DNA of 35,820 nucleotides from Hyphochytrium catenoides. Lineage: Eukaryota > Protista > Hyphochytriomycota. The DNA lies in the NCBI GenBank assembly GCA_900088475.1, contig FLMG01001900.1, forward strand, positions 1-35,820. The letters are read 5' to 3'. The notes beneath the pieces are model-generated. The model was given only the letters and a program-made list of their open reading frames with translations, was not told the origin of the DNA and did no database searches. The stretch's first letter is position 1. The number at the start of each line of letters is the position of its first letter. Below, piece by piece: positions 10,566-22,182 of this stretch. Made by a program: the position numbers and the translations under genes.

Positions 10566-11314
10566 CTGAGTGGGAACTACATCTAAGCAAAACACGGTCC
10601 AACGCCGTGCCCACCTGCTACTAAGATGAACAGCTCCATTAGCCCTGAGAGAGAGACTCTATACTACGTGCCTAAGACTAAAGATGAACGTGCGATAGAA
10701 TCTCCAGACAAGCACTCCCCGGTCTCCACGGAGCCGCATTAATCTCCATCAGCAGATCTCTCTCTGCCCCCAGAGCTCCAGCAGCGGCATCAGAACCGAG
10801 AAGACATCCATTCCCTAAGGTTTATACAGCAAACGAGCTGCTAACGGCCATCAGAAGCTCTTGATATTCGGCCTTGCTAGGCCTTTGACGGCTGATAGCT
10901 CAGAAGTCGGATCTCCTGATGATAGGAAGACCGCGGCTAAGGCTAGCAGAGTCTAGTCCAAGGAGGTCTCACAGGTCAAGAGCGTATGGACGACTCTGGG
11001 TTCTCTAAGGCTAAGGCTAGTATATAAACAAACAGACAGGGAAAAGCTGTTCTTGGACTAACTCGGACGTAGGAAGTATTGATCATAGCAGACTCTGCAG
11101 ACCGGATCTGCTGCCTCCTCTGACTGAAGAGTCTAATGTCTGTGTCTTCTCCTCTCAGATCCCGGTGCTGCCCCTCACTCAGCAACGGACTCTCTCTCTC
11201 TCTCTCTCCATGCGATCTCGCACGTTCGTGCTGGCCACCTAATATCTTGCTCTTCTCACAGCATCTTTCCCTCTTTCTTGTTTATATCTTCTGCTCTCTC
11301 TCCCACTGCTTCGT

Positions 11315-12676
11315 TTAGTCACTATGAACTGGGCCTGACTCTTGTTTCGATTCTTCTATTCCTTCACCTTCCCCTTCTGAAGGCTGCGGCAGCCTCTCTC
11401 CTCTTTTTTCCTGCTGGAAGACCGGGAAGGACTCCTCTGCTACACCTGCGTCGCCACTGGCGCAGCCCCTGCAACCACAATGGATGCACTCCACCACCTT
11501 GTCCGCGTCCAGCTTGTTGCGCGGGACCTTTGTAGAAAGAGAGAGAGAGAGGGAGAGAGAGAGAGAAGAGAGAAAAAGAGGAAGAGCAAGAGAGTGAAAA
11601 TCTATCTAAATATGGCGAAGAGATTGCAAGGCACCAGCCGTAGGTAAGAGCCTGGCCGGAGTATGGAAAGGGATCGTGATGAAGACACATACTAATAAAG
11701 GACTAACCAGATATAAGATGCACGAGAAAGAGAGAAGGAGAGAAAGAGAGAGAGAGAGAGAAACAGAGAAAGCAAGGCAGAAGAGCAGGCGGCGTCAACC
11801 ACAAGAGATACAACTGGACGAAAGAGAAATAGTCTAACTCTTTGTCGAGGGACTCACTCTGCAGATGCAGGCTGTCGAGTAGTTGTGGTCCCGGGTCTGG
11901 ATGCATCTCAGACAGCAGAGACGCTCATATCCCGCCTTCTTCCACTTGGCGATGAGCGCGCCATCTGCGTACTTCTCTCTAATGCAATAATCCAGCAGCT
12001 CGCGGCTGATGGCGCGCTTTCTGTGGTACATTTCATAGAGATAACGGGACCGCTGGTGGTGGATACGCAGGATGGGCCAGACACTCTCCGCCTTGCGCTT
12101 CCCTTCGTGAGGATCTGCCTCAGCTGCAAAAGGAAGAGGATTCCGTGTTAGGGAAGAGAGAAAGAGCGAAATGAGGAGAGGGAGAGAGAGAGGAAGTATC
12201 CGCAGAGAAGAGAAAGAGAGAGGAATAGACCAAGAGAGGGCTAGTACCGACATAGACTGAGATGGAGAAGTAGAAGAAAGAGTAGAGAGTTAGATATAAA
12301 GAAGGTGAAGAGAAGGAGAACACGCAATACCAATGAGGTTGCCACTGTTACAGAGCAAAAGAAGTCAAAAAGATTGGCCAACAGAGCAAAGAAAGGCAGA
12401 CAAGGAAAGACATGCAGCGCGGGAGAGGAACGAGCTAAACAGCGCAGAGCGAGAGAGATAAATAGATGGATGAGAGAGGATGGGACCCAGAGAGAGAAAA
12501 AAGGAAAAGAGACTGCAGAGAGAGAGAGACAGAGAGAGGGGGAGGGAGAGAGATTGGCTTTGCGGAAGAGACAGCCAACCTTCTCTCATCTTCGCCTCCA
12601 AGTCATTCAGCGTTCCTTCTATAATGTCCCAGCCAGCCGGGGGCTTAGGACGATTCTTTCTTCGGATCTTTGGCAT
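11315..12676 (-). CDS. BUD31: Pre-mRNA splicing factor BUD31 / G10 protein, about 191 aa
   Basis: Exons 12676-12580, 12123-11858, 11527-11315. Translation: MPKIRR...[12 protein letters not shown]...[32 protein letters not shown]...[35 protein letters not shown]...[14 protein letters not shown]. Confidence 0.97.
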
Positions 12677-12786
12677 CTTCGCTGGCTCTGTCTCTAGCTC
12701 TGAGCTTCTTCGTCTCACTCGCTCTCTTTGGCGCAGCTCTGGCGCTGGAAGGTCCGATGGATCTTGATGCCAGCCGCTAATCGGTC

Positions 12787-12817
<31 letters not shown>

Positions 12818-13057
12818 CTGGTGCAGCGCTAAATTCTCCGCGTTGCTCGTCTTCCGGGGGTGCTAGACTTGCCAGCTCTGTCTCTGTTTGGGACGCCAGG
12901 AACTCCCTGTTCGTCTCTCTCCTTCTCTCTCTTCTTCCTTCTTGATGGAGATCTCTAGAATAGGAGAGCGTTTGTCTTCATTATTGCCCCCTTCTCTCAC
13001 TCTTCGACTCCTTCCAACTTCCATAATAATCAACCCTCCACCTGTGATCTCTCTCTG

Positions 13058-13096
<39 letters not shown>

Positions 13097-13850
13097 GTAT
13101 TTTCTCCCTCTCTTTCTCTCTCTCTCTCTTTCTCTCTAGTATTTTCTCTCTCTCTTTCTCTCTCTGTCTCTCCGTCTGTCTCTCTGTTAGTCCCTCTCTC
13201 TCTCTTTTCTCTGTCTGCCAACTCTCAGAGTCTCACTCTCTGTTCTTGCTCATCCATCCTTACATCCACACAAACACTTGTCAATCCAGCCCTCTAATTC
13301 TCGCTCTCGGGTTTTGATAGCTCAGTTTCGAAAAGTCAATCATTTCTTGTATAGACAAGACCTTATTTTCGGTATTAAAAGCAACAGAATTGATATTAGT
13401 TTGGTACAAGGAAGTTGTCATATTTTAGTTTCGGCCTCAATCGACAAGAAACGGAAGAATGCCGAGAAAGAAAGGGCAAGAGACATTGAAAAGAGGTTGA
13501 GTTTCTTGCTTGTATTTATTAGTGAAAGACTTGCTCTTCAGAGTTCACAGTAATTCTAGAGATCACAGCTCTGACAGCAGAGAAAGCTTATTTGAGAAAG
13601 CGACTGATAGCGAGCCGATGATGTCCTTCCGTTAACTGGAGGACGGACGTCTCTTGTTGTCTATCATCTTCGCGGCTGATCAGCAGCTGTCCATCTGTTG
13701 CCTGCTCGCCAGGGGCTGACGGTGAAGGGAGGGCCTTGGACGCTAAGCCTTTGTCCCCTCTTTGTCTCTCTTTTTCTCCGTCTGTACTTTCCACCCACGC
13801 TCTCTCTCTTGCCCAGGCGCTGTCTGTGAAGGACGATGAGCTCTTGTGTG

Positions 13851-13888
<38 letters not shown>

Positions 13889-14115
13889 TGTTTCATTTCT
13901 CTCTCTCTTCGGTCTCCCTTGCTCACCGTACTTCTGTCTCATCCTCCTCGTGCTGCCAGTTATTTTGTAGAAACGAATCAAGCGGAACTTCTTTTATAAA
14001 ATAATAAGAGGGGGAAAACCGGATGAATGAGCAAAAAGCGCTCCGGCAGGGAGCGAGAAATGAAAAGAAGAAGAAGAAAGGAGAGAGAGAGAGAGAGAGA
14101 GAGGCTGCCTTATTG

Positions 14116-17100
14116 TTATCGCTTCTTCTGTCCTTTGGTCCCTGTCTGCTTGGGCTTCAGACGATCTCTGATCCATTCGTGGTACATCTCAAACTGGACG
14201 CCCTCTTTCTGAGACTCCTCATACAAAGCCTATGACAGCGCATACAAACAGTTGATGAATGACTGGAAAGAATGGCTCTTTGGGTGGTCCTCTACCTCGT
14301 TGGATACATTGTTAATGTCCTCATCTGAGCCCACAAAGCGCAGCTTGACGGCGATCGTCGTCATAAAGAAAAACTGCACAAAGCGTTCATGGCACAGTGT
14401 AAGAAGATTAGACCTTGCCGGGAATCGACAAACAAGAGGATGGAAGTTTGGCAGAAACGATACAAAGTCTTCTTGGTCACATCTTCCTACCTCTTTCAGA
14501 ATATCCAGCTCGTCGCCTTCTTTGGCTAGCGAACCGCGTCTAACTTCTTTCTCTTTCTCGGGCCCTTGTCCAACATGTCTTTCCTGCCTTGGAGTGCATC
14601 CATCTGAGGGAGAATTCTGTCCGCTATGAATCTTTGCCTTGGCCTCCTCAATCTCCTCTGTGAGTCTCTGCTCGAGCTCCTCGAAGAGAGAATTGCGACA
14701 CATTTGACTTCTCCTCTCGTCTTTGTTGTCTATCTTGTGGATAAACCCTGACGGCGAGCCAGAGGGAGAAGGAGAAAGAAGAAGACCCCACTTCTCCTCC
14801 TCTTCCATTTCGGAAGGCGAAGAGGGAGGAAGAGAGAGAGGGATGGCGAGATTTGAACGTCGGGAATTTTCTCTTGACGGATGAGGTGGCCTTGGTAGAC
14901 CGCTCTCCCTTATGTTTCCTTCTTCTTTAATGAGAAAAAGAGGTGGGACTGGGGGAAGGCCGCTACTATTGATCTTCAGTGTAGTGCCTTGTGCAACGTC
15001 CATTGACTGGATTTGATGGGAAGATATGAGTTTGCAAGGAAGGATGGATGAGGAGATCGTGACCTGAGGAGCACTTTTTGCCCCTAAATATCGTAGAAAG
15101 GAAGAGGCACAAAAGGAGAGTATAACAGAATCTAGGTTGCACACAGGGCCAAGGCCAGCTGAATCATGGACGAGCAGGTCAAGTCAGAGAAAGTAACTAT
15201 CAAGGAAAGACTTATGCTTGAGACCAGTTAGAATACTCGCAGCTTAGTGGAGTATAGTGAAGACTTCAAGGCTGCACAGATGAAGGATGTGTCTCGCAGC
15301 CTAGGGGAGCGAAGATTGCCAAAGAAAAACAGATTTTGAAAGATTTTGTCATGGTACCGCTTTTTGCTTCTCTATGTAGGCTTTCAGGTTTTTATTCTCG
15401 CTTGCAAGATCTTGATTCTGCAGGTGCGAACGCGACGGCCGGGAAAAGGGAGAAGATAAGCGGAAGGCTAGCAGACCATTGACGCGATCTATGATTCAAG
15501 GTGATAGGGAATATAGAAAAGCAGCGGGTAGGAGAGACCGCAAGGCGAAGCATATTAGAGGGGCAGCCACCTTTAGTATCAGATCGTAGGTTTTTGATGC
15601 TTCTCCCGACAGCTCCTCTACTTTTGCTTGAAGGATCAGATTCTCTTCTTTGACACCAGCAATCTCCTTAGCCTTAGGATAAAGGAGGGCAAATGAGTGA
15701 CATGCATAAGGGAGGAAGAGAGAGAAAGAGAGGGAGGACCGGTGTGCCTAGAAAGAGCAGCGACATGGACACTACAGACGGCTGGACAGGTCTAAAACAT
15801 ACTATAGCGATGATGTTTACGGCGGGTACCTTGTTTCTGAGCTGAGTGATCTGCTCCTGCATCTCCACTGCTCTCTTCTTCATATCTGCAAACTCCTTCT
15901 TTTCTCTTTGTAGCCCTTCTGCCACTAATGATGACTCTGAATGAGCATCAAGAGCCTCAGCCAAGTCTTGCTCCAGCTTTTATAGGGAAACAGCGATAGA
16001 AGCGTCGCGTCAAACTAACCAGGCTTAAAATAGTACAATGTCATAGCGGAAGACTAAAAGTACTACAGACAATAGAATAGGATCACATCGAAGAGCCTCA
16101 ATAGGAAGATGGCGGCACAAGAGTCAGTGGACCGTATAGCTGAAGGTCACCACGTCAAGGCGTGTGTGCATAATGTGCGCAACGCTTACAGTGTGAACCT
16201 GTGATGACAGCCATCATAAAACAAAAGAAAAAGAGGAAGAGAAGCAACTCAAGAACCCTACACAGAAGGCGGAATTGCGAAAAGTCAAACTACCTGCCGT
16301 AGGCGCTGCTGATAATTGTCATTCTCACTTTTCAGTTGTTGTCCTAGTCGTTCATGAGCAGCTACTGACTTTTGAAGGTCTAGCACCTGCGAGCAAATAA
16401 AGAAACCTCTTAGACCGTAGCGGTGTAGGACAGCTCAGCCTGAAGTAGAAGAAGAACGGAGGAGCAGACAGTTTTGACTGACCCACACCAGAAAGATGGA
16501 GGTCTGATGGTAATAACTATAAGGCACCACTGGTAGATAGAAGTGCTTAAAAAGAGGAGAGACTTGTCCATCGAGCTGTAGAGCACGAGATAGCTGTTGC
16601 AGAAAGTTAAACCTTAGAGCGTAGTCCGCTCTGCTCTTCCAAGAGCGTCAAGCGTTCCGCTGTAACCGCTTGGCATTCCGTCACCTGCTTTTTGCTGAGC
16701 AACCTATTATTGCAAGGAATGAGACGAAAGTCATGGTGTGAAGCAGAACGTCGTGCTCAGGGCAAAGAGAGAGGGAGATGATGCCATGGAGATAGTGAGG
16801 CATCGTATGCCTTCCCACTCATTAAAGTGCGGCCTAGAAAGTAAGGAAGAGCACCTTTGCTTGTCAAGCTCTTGCTCGGAGATTGACAGAAGTTGTTGAA
16901 GACGGGAGTTTTCCATCTCTAAGTCTATGCATCGCGCATGGGAGGTCTTGAGCCGATTCTCAGCATCCTAAAGGAATATTGAGACAATGGCATTGAAAAG
17001 ACAGTGGTGCTCGTGCTTAGTGCGAGAGGATGAAGATCATGACTCCCAAGGGAGCAAGCTTGCAGGAGACAGGGGAAGTAGAACATGATAGATTAGAAGG

Positions 17101-17676
17101 GACTGGCACAAGCTGAACCTGTCCTAGGTCGAAGCTGATGGTCTAGAGAGGCTGAGTCGATTCTAGATGTGGACTGGCTCGTTGGAACAAACAAGCAGCT
17201 AAACGGAAGCAGTGCTTACCACATTCTGTGCCTCAAGAGTTGCCAGCCTTGCTTTGTGCTACGTTAATTGGAATCTCTCGGTCAGGGTAGGCTGCAAATC
17301 CCTCAATAATCTATCGCTACCCATACCTCTGCCTGAAGCTTTAGTATCAGCTCCTCCTTGCGCTGAAGTAGCTCCCCTTTCTGATTCTTCTCGGTCAACA
17401 GCTTTTGTCCAATCTCTGCCAAGACTTGAATTTCGTTTTCTTTCTCCTGCAAATGCTCCTCTGTATCTTCAAGCTTCTCTCTGAGACGAGCTAGCTCCTC
17501 CAGGAGGTTTAACTTGTCTTTGCTCGTGCCTGGCACTTCCCCGTCAGCTAGTTCCGCTGGGTCTGCTGATGGTGGACTTGGACCTCTGATCTCTGCTTCA
17601 TCAGGGGAAATTGTGTCAGATCTAACCAACCAGACCAACGAAAGAATCAGTATCGCTCACCTGACTTGGCATCCAT
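14116..17676 (-). CDS. Long coiled-coil protein with N-terminal CC1-box-like motif, low-complexity linker and small helical C-terminal domain (about 12 exons)
   Basis: A chain of GT-AG exons translates to heptad-rich sequence (EKENEIQVLAEIGQKLL..., LEQDLAEALDAH..., NQDLASENKNLKAYIEKQKA). Exons 15006-14464, 14373-14296 and 14229-14116 then end in ALYEESQKEGVQFEMYHEWIRDRL...KKR*. The first exon and the junction across 15357-15007 are uncertain. Confidence 0.7.
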
Positions 17677-18766
17677 CGTTCAACAGGCTTTTCCTCACTG
17701 GTGAATAGGCAATCAGCCGCTCCTCCAGAGGTAGCCTTCTTCGCCTCGCTCCTCCTCGTGTCCTAGTTCATAAACCGCTATAATGGTCCCACGTCTATGC
17801 CTTGAGCTGCGGTTCCCCTACTTATATTCAAGAATGGACGATCTGTATACCTCTCCTCACTGCCGGAGGACGGTCTCTGCAAATCAAATCTGGAGACGTC
17901 CGTAAATCTCTGTCCGGAAAACTTGATCTCCGCTGTCAATCAGAAAGGGAAAACAAAAGGGGAAAAAAATCACTGTGTGTCCTAATAAGAGCCAGGCGAG
18001 TGATGGGCCAGAGCTTGATGGAAGGCAGCCTACTACTATCCGATATCCTAACTATAAGCATTACTATAGTGTACAAGTTGAAGTATTACTATGTTAGGCG
18101 TCCATCACCCCTGTATCTGCATCAGGAGCGAAATTGCAACTAAAATAGGAAAAGAGGCTTTTGGTCCTTCCGTGTTAATTTAACTTTTACGATTAATGCA
18201 GCTGAGGGAAATTGACAGCAAGTCTAAATCTTCTTTATAAGAAATAGCGTCAATAAGAGGACGCTACTCCACCTACTTCCAACGAGCGTCAAGGGGATTC
18301 TCATCCAGAGAGGCGGTAACCCCTCCTTAGCGTTTTCGTGATGTACAGTAATATCGGTCCCTAGTTTCGGGTGTCCTCCGCTCGGCTTTTAGCTGCCAAA
18401 AACTGTCCTTTCTCGGGCATTTCTTCTTTCCTAAACGTATTCCAAATTGTTTTCTTTAGGAAGTCAAAATAGTATGGTTTTACAAACACATGATTCTACT
18501 CTCTAATCCTGATCCTTAGCCTCTAACCAAATAACTCCTTATGTCCTCTTCTCGGCAAGTTTTCTTGATCTTTCGCCGCCGTTGTGAAGCAAGAAGTCTT
18601 CTAGAAACAGCTGGTTCGACCTCTCTCTCTCTCTCGTCTTATCTAACGCAGTATCTGTCTCGTAAGGTATCATATCATATATCACCCTATTAGCCCTTTC
18701 TTATCTCCTCTGTCTAGACTCATATAGTTCTCGCTTTCACAAGCCCTCCGGCTGCTTCTCTCATCC

Positions 18767-18828
<62 letters not shown>

Positions 18829-19406
18829 CTCTTTTTCTCTCTCTCTCGTCTCTAATCTCTCTCTCTGTGCTATGCTTTCCCCCTTCACACAGCTGTTTCT
18901 CTTTCTCTTCCCTCTCCACAGGCACGTCAGCATCAAGGATGTCCGTTCAATGAAGTTTGCCCTTCTTCCAGTTCCCTCCTCTCTCTCTCCCTCTCTCTGT
19001 CTCTCTCTTTTTTTTTCTCTTTTCCTCTTTTGTCTCTCTCTCTCTGTCTCACTCTCCCCTTACTCTTTCTCTCTTTTGTTTATGGCGTGTTGGCGCCATC
19101 ATTCTCCTTCCGTGTGCGTTGTCCACCTTTCCCATCACATCCCAGTTTCTTTTCTTTCTCTCTCTCTCTCGCTATCTCTCCTTCTCTTTTCTCTCTCTCT
19201 CTCTCTCTCTCTTCAGCTCTCTCTTCTCACCTCGGTTCCCTCCTGCTGTAGTTATTATAGCCTATAACAATGAAGCAGCATCTTTCCTTCCCAAGGGCGG
19301 TTCACACGCCAGTGGTGGTCAACGAAGAAGATCAACGGCCTCGCACTCCCACAACCAAGCGACGGCTTTGACACCAAGCCTTCTTTCTTCAAGAAAGACA
19401 GAGAAA

Positions 19407-19437
<31 letters not shown>

Positions 19438-19734
19438 TAAAGAGAGACAGAAAGAAACCAGGAGAAGGGAAGAAAGAGAGAGGAAAAGACAGAGAGCCAT
19501 AGACGAAGAGAAGATCTTTCTAAAGCTGCGCCACTCCAGGTTGCCAACTGCAAGCTCAAAGCTTCATTTAGGACAACGATGGGAGACAACGCTCCCACAT
19601 CTTCTGCAGATCTGCATTGACTGAAGCTTCAGAGCTCGACACTTGCAATTAGCTCTTGGGAAAAGAGCGAGAAGGATAGAAACGAAAAGAGAGAGAAGAA
19701 AGAGAGAGAGAAGAGAGAGATAAAAGAGAGAGTT

Positions 19735-21520
19735 ATGTTTGAGCCGATTATCTCCCGGGTGAAACCCACCCTGCCTCGCCTGGAGTACGGAAGTGTCTCT
19801 CCCTACATGGTGCTTGTCCTCGTCCTTCCCACAGCTTTCTGGCTCACCAACCAGAGCTTATCTACCGGGGAGAGAGAGAGAGACTCGGGAACACTCTTCT
19901 CTCTCTCTTCTCTCTCCATCTATCTCAAAGGCAACCTCATCCCTCTTCTCTCTTCCCCTTCCGATGTATCTCTCTCCCTCTTCTCCCAAGCTTTACTCTT
20001 ACTCTGGCTCTCCTTCATCCTCTGCTGGGCGTTTCTCTATCAAAGAAACGTGGTGGAGACGCCTAAGTTTACATTCGTCAAGAGTCCAAAGAATGAAGAA
20101 ATCTTCAGGAACTTTGTCAAGGGATTGCGCGCCTTTGAGCCGACGCCCTGGGGCTCCAGCGGCCACCTCCAGTCCGCCATGTTCTGCTACTGGCCGCTGC
20201 ATATCTTCCTGGGTCTGGGGAAGTATAAGATGAACTACCGGTGAGGAAGAGAGCCCACAGTGCTTTCCGTGCTCTGTCTAAGTATACCTTCAGTGTCAAT
20301 CTATGTATATCCTTAGTCTCTGTCTCTCTCTCTTCCTCTCTCATTCTATCTGTCTCTTTCCCCTTCTTTCTTTTGCCCTTGGGCGCTCCGTCTCTCTTCC
20401 TCCTCCTTCTGTTTTGCCTTTCTCTCACTAACCTTTTTCCGCTTCTCTCTTACGCTACTACAACGCTCTCTCTCCCCCCCAACACCCCCACCCCTTCTCT
20501 CTCTCTCTTTCTCCCTCTCTCTCTTTTTGTTATCTTTTTTTGATCTCTCTTTCTTTCTCTCCTCCGCCCCTTAGCCGCCAGCTTCTCCACCTTGAAGACG
20601 GCGGGATCAACGCTTTGGACTGGTACGACGCCGGCCTCCCGAAGGATGCACCGGTGGTCATCCTGCTCCCAGGTGTCATAGGCGAAAGCAGGAACACTTA
20701 CATCAAGAGATTTGTTGTCGAAGTGGCAGAGAAGCACGGTTGGCGCTCGGTAGTCAAGAGCTGGAGAGGAATCCACGCGCCCATGGAGAGGCCCAAGCCT
20801 GAGACGTGGAGCTATCGCGCCATCCTTGATCTTAGAGCTGCTGTTCTAGAAGTGAAGAGACAGTTTCCAGACGCACCTCTCCTCTCGTATGGCTTCTCTT
20901 TCGGTGGACAGCTGCTCCAAGGGTATCTGGGAGCCTATTCTGAAGATTCCCAGATTCTCTGTGGAGTCTCAGTCTCCGGGCTCTTCGATGCAGCGACAAT
21001 TTACTCCGCTCTCTCTTCGTGGCGCTTTCCTCCTTATGACTTCTCTCTTACAATGGCGATCAGAGGGAGAATGGAACCCGTTCTCTCTCTCCTGGAGGAG
21101 GTTGTGCCCGCAGGTCTCAGAGCTCAGCTCCGCTCTACTAGGACTTTAGCTGAGTTTCATCACCTGGTAACGCGCCACTTCTGTGAGCCTCCCTTTGCCT
21201 CAACGGAGGAGTTCTTTCGTGGAACAGGTGCAACGTATAACAGTCTCTTCCGGCACATACGGACACCTCTTCTCTGTCTGAACGCTACAGATGATCCTCT
21301 GATCCCTGACTCTGTGATGAAGACAGCGCTAGAGTCGATGTTGGAGAGCGACCGAGTCTTTCTCTTGCAGACACAAAGGGGAGGGCACTGTGGTTGGTTT
21401 GAAGGCTTTACCGGGGCCAGTTGGCTTGATGCCGTGGCTCAAGAGTTCCTCTCCACTTGTCTAGAGAGAGAAGGGAAGAAGGAGAAGCCCATGAAAAAGA
21501 CAGCGGAGAGCGAAAAGTGA
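19735..21520 (+). CDS. Alpha/beta hydrolase, ABHD1/2/3 (YheT/EHT1-like) family, with N-terminal membrane anchor, about 483 aa
   Basis: Exons 19735-20240 and 20575-21520. Motifs: PTPWGSSGHLQS, YRRQLLHLEDGGINALDW, nucleophile elbow GFSFGG, acid NATDDPLIP, and His GGHCGWFEG. Confidence 0.92.
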
Positions 21521-22182
21521 ACAGAAGGGAAGTCGCTGTTTTCCTTTGGCTGTCTTCTTCCTCGTTTTCTGCCCATCAGAATTGTCGAAGTAGCATGAAA
21601 ATCTTCCTCTAGGCATTGCGCACCCTCTTTCTCTCTCTCTCTCTCTCTATGTTGTACGCCGCCAAGCCTTTCTGGCTTCCTCTCTCTTTCTCTCCTCCCA
21701 CAGACCGGCTTCATCTCTTCTCTCTTATCGTCCTTCCTCTTGTTGATCAAATGTCAGATGCTATATATTATAGGTGTGGACTAGGTCAGAGCTTGGAAAC
21801 TTTAGGCTAATAAATTAAGCTCACACCTACTACGCCTGGAGCTACGTAGAAGAGGGAGAGGAAAGAGCGACAGTCTGTGTGTCTTTCTCTCTCTCTCTCT
21901 CTCACTTCGGAGACAGAGAGGCAGGAAGAGGGACAAAGAGGGGCAGGTAGTGCCCCAATCCTTCCTGTTACGCTTCTTTCATCGAATGCTTTCCCCGCTC
22001 CCCTCTCCTCTCCTCTCTCTTTCTAGATATCCTTCTCTTTTCTTCTGCTGCCCTTCCACCTCTCATTCTTGTTCCGTACTTAAGGAACTTACTCTCGTAC
22101 AATGGGTACAAACAGAGAGAGAGAGAGACGAAAACGGGATGAAAATGTCGATCGTGAGGAAAACAGAGTCTTCTTTGCCTGT

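Noticed and set aside
13588-13926. Minus-strand ORF downstream of the coiled-coil gene
   Set aside because: It is partly microsatellite-derived, lies past the stop at 14116, and has no recognisable domain; it is probably 3' UTR.
18298-18330. CTCATCCAGAGAGGCGG resembles the 5' end of a SAM-I riboswitch
   Set aside because: The downstream core (AGGGA..GGCCC..GAA, GCAACC, GTGC.AA) is absent and the context is eukaryotic nuclear DNA, so it is a chance match.
19592-19604. USE-like CTCCCACATC upstream of the ABHD gene
   Set aside because: There is no downstream TATA or structured RNA, and a similar word occurs inside a DDI1 exon, so chance is sufficient.
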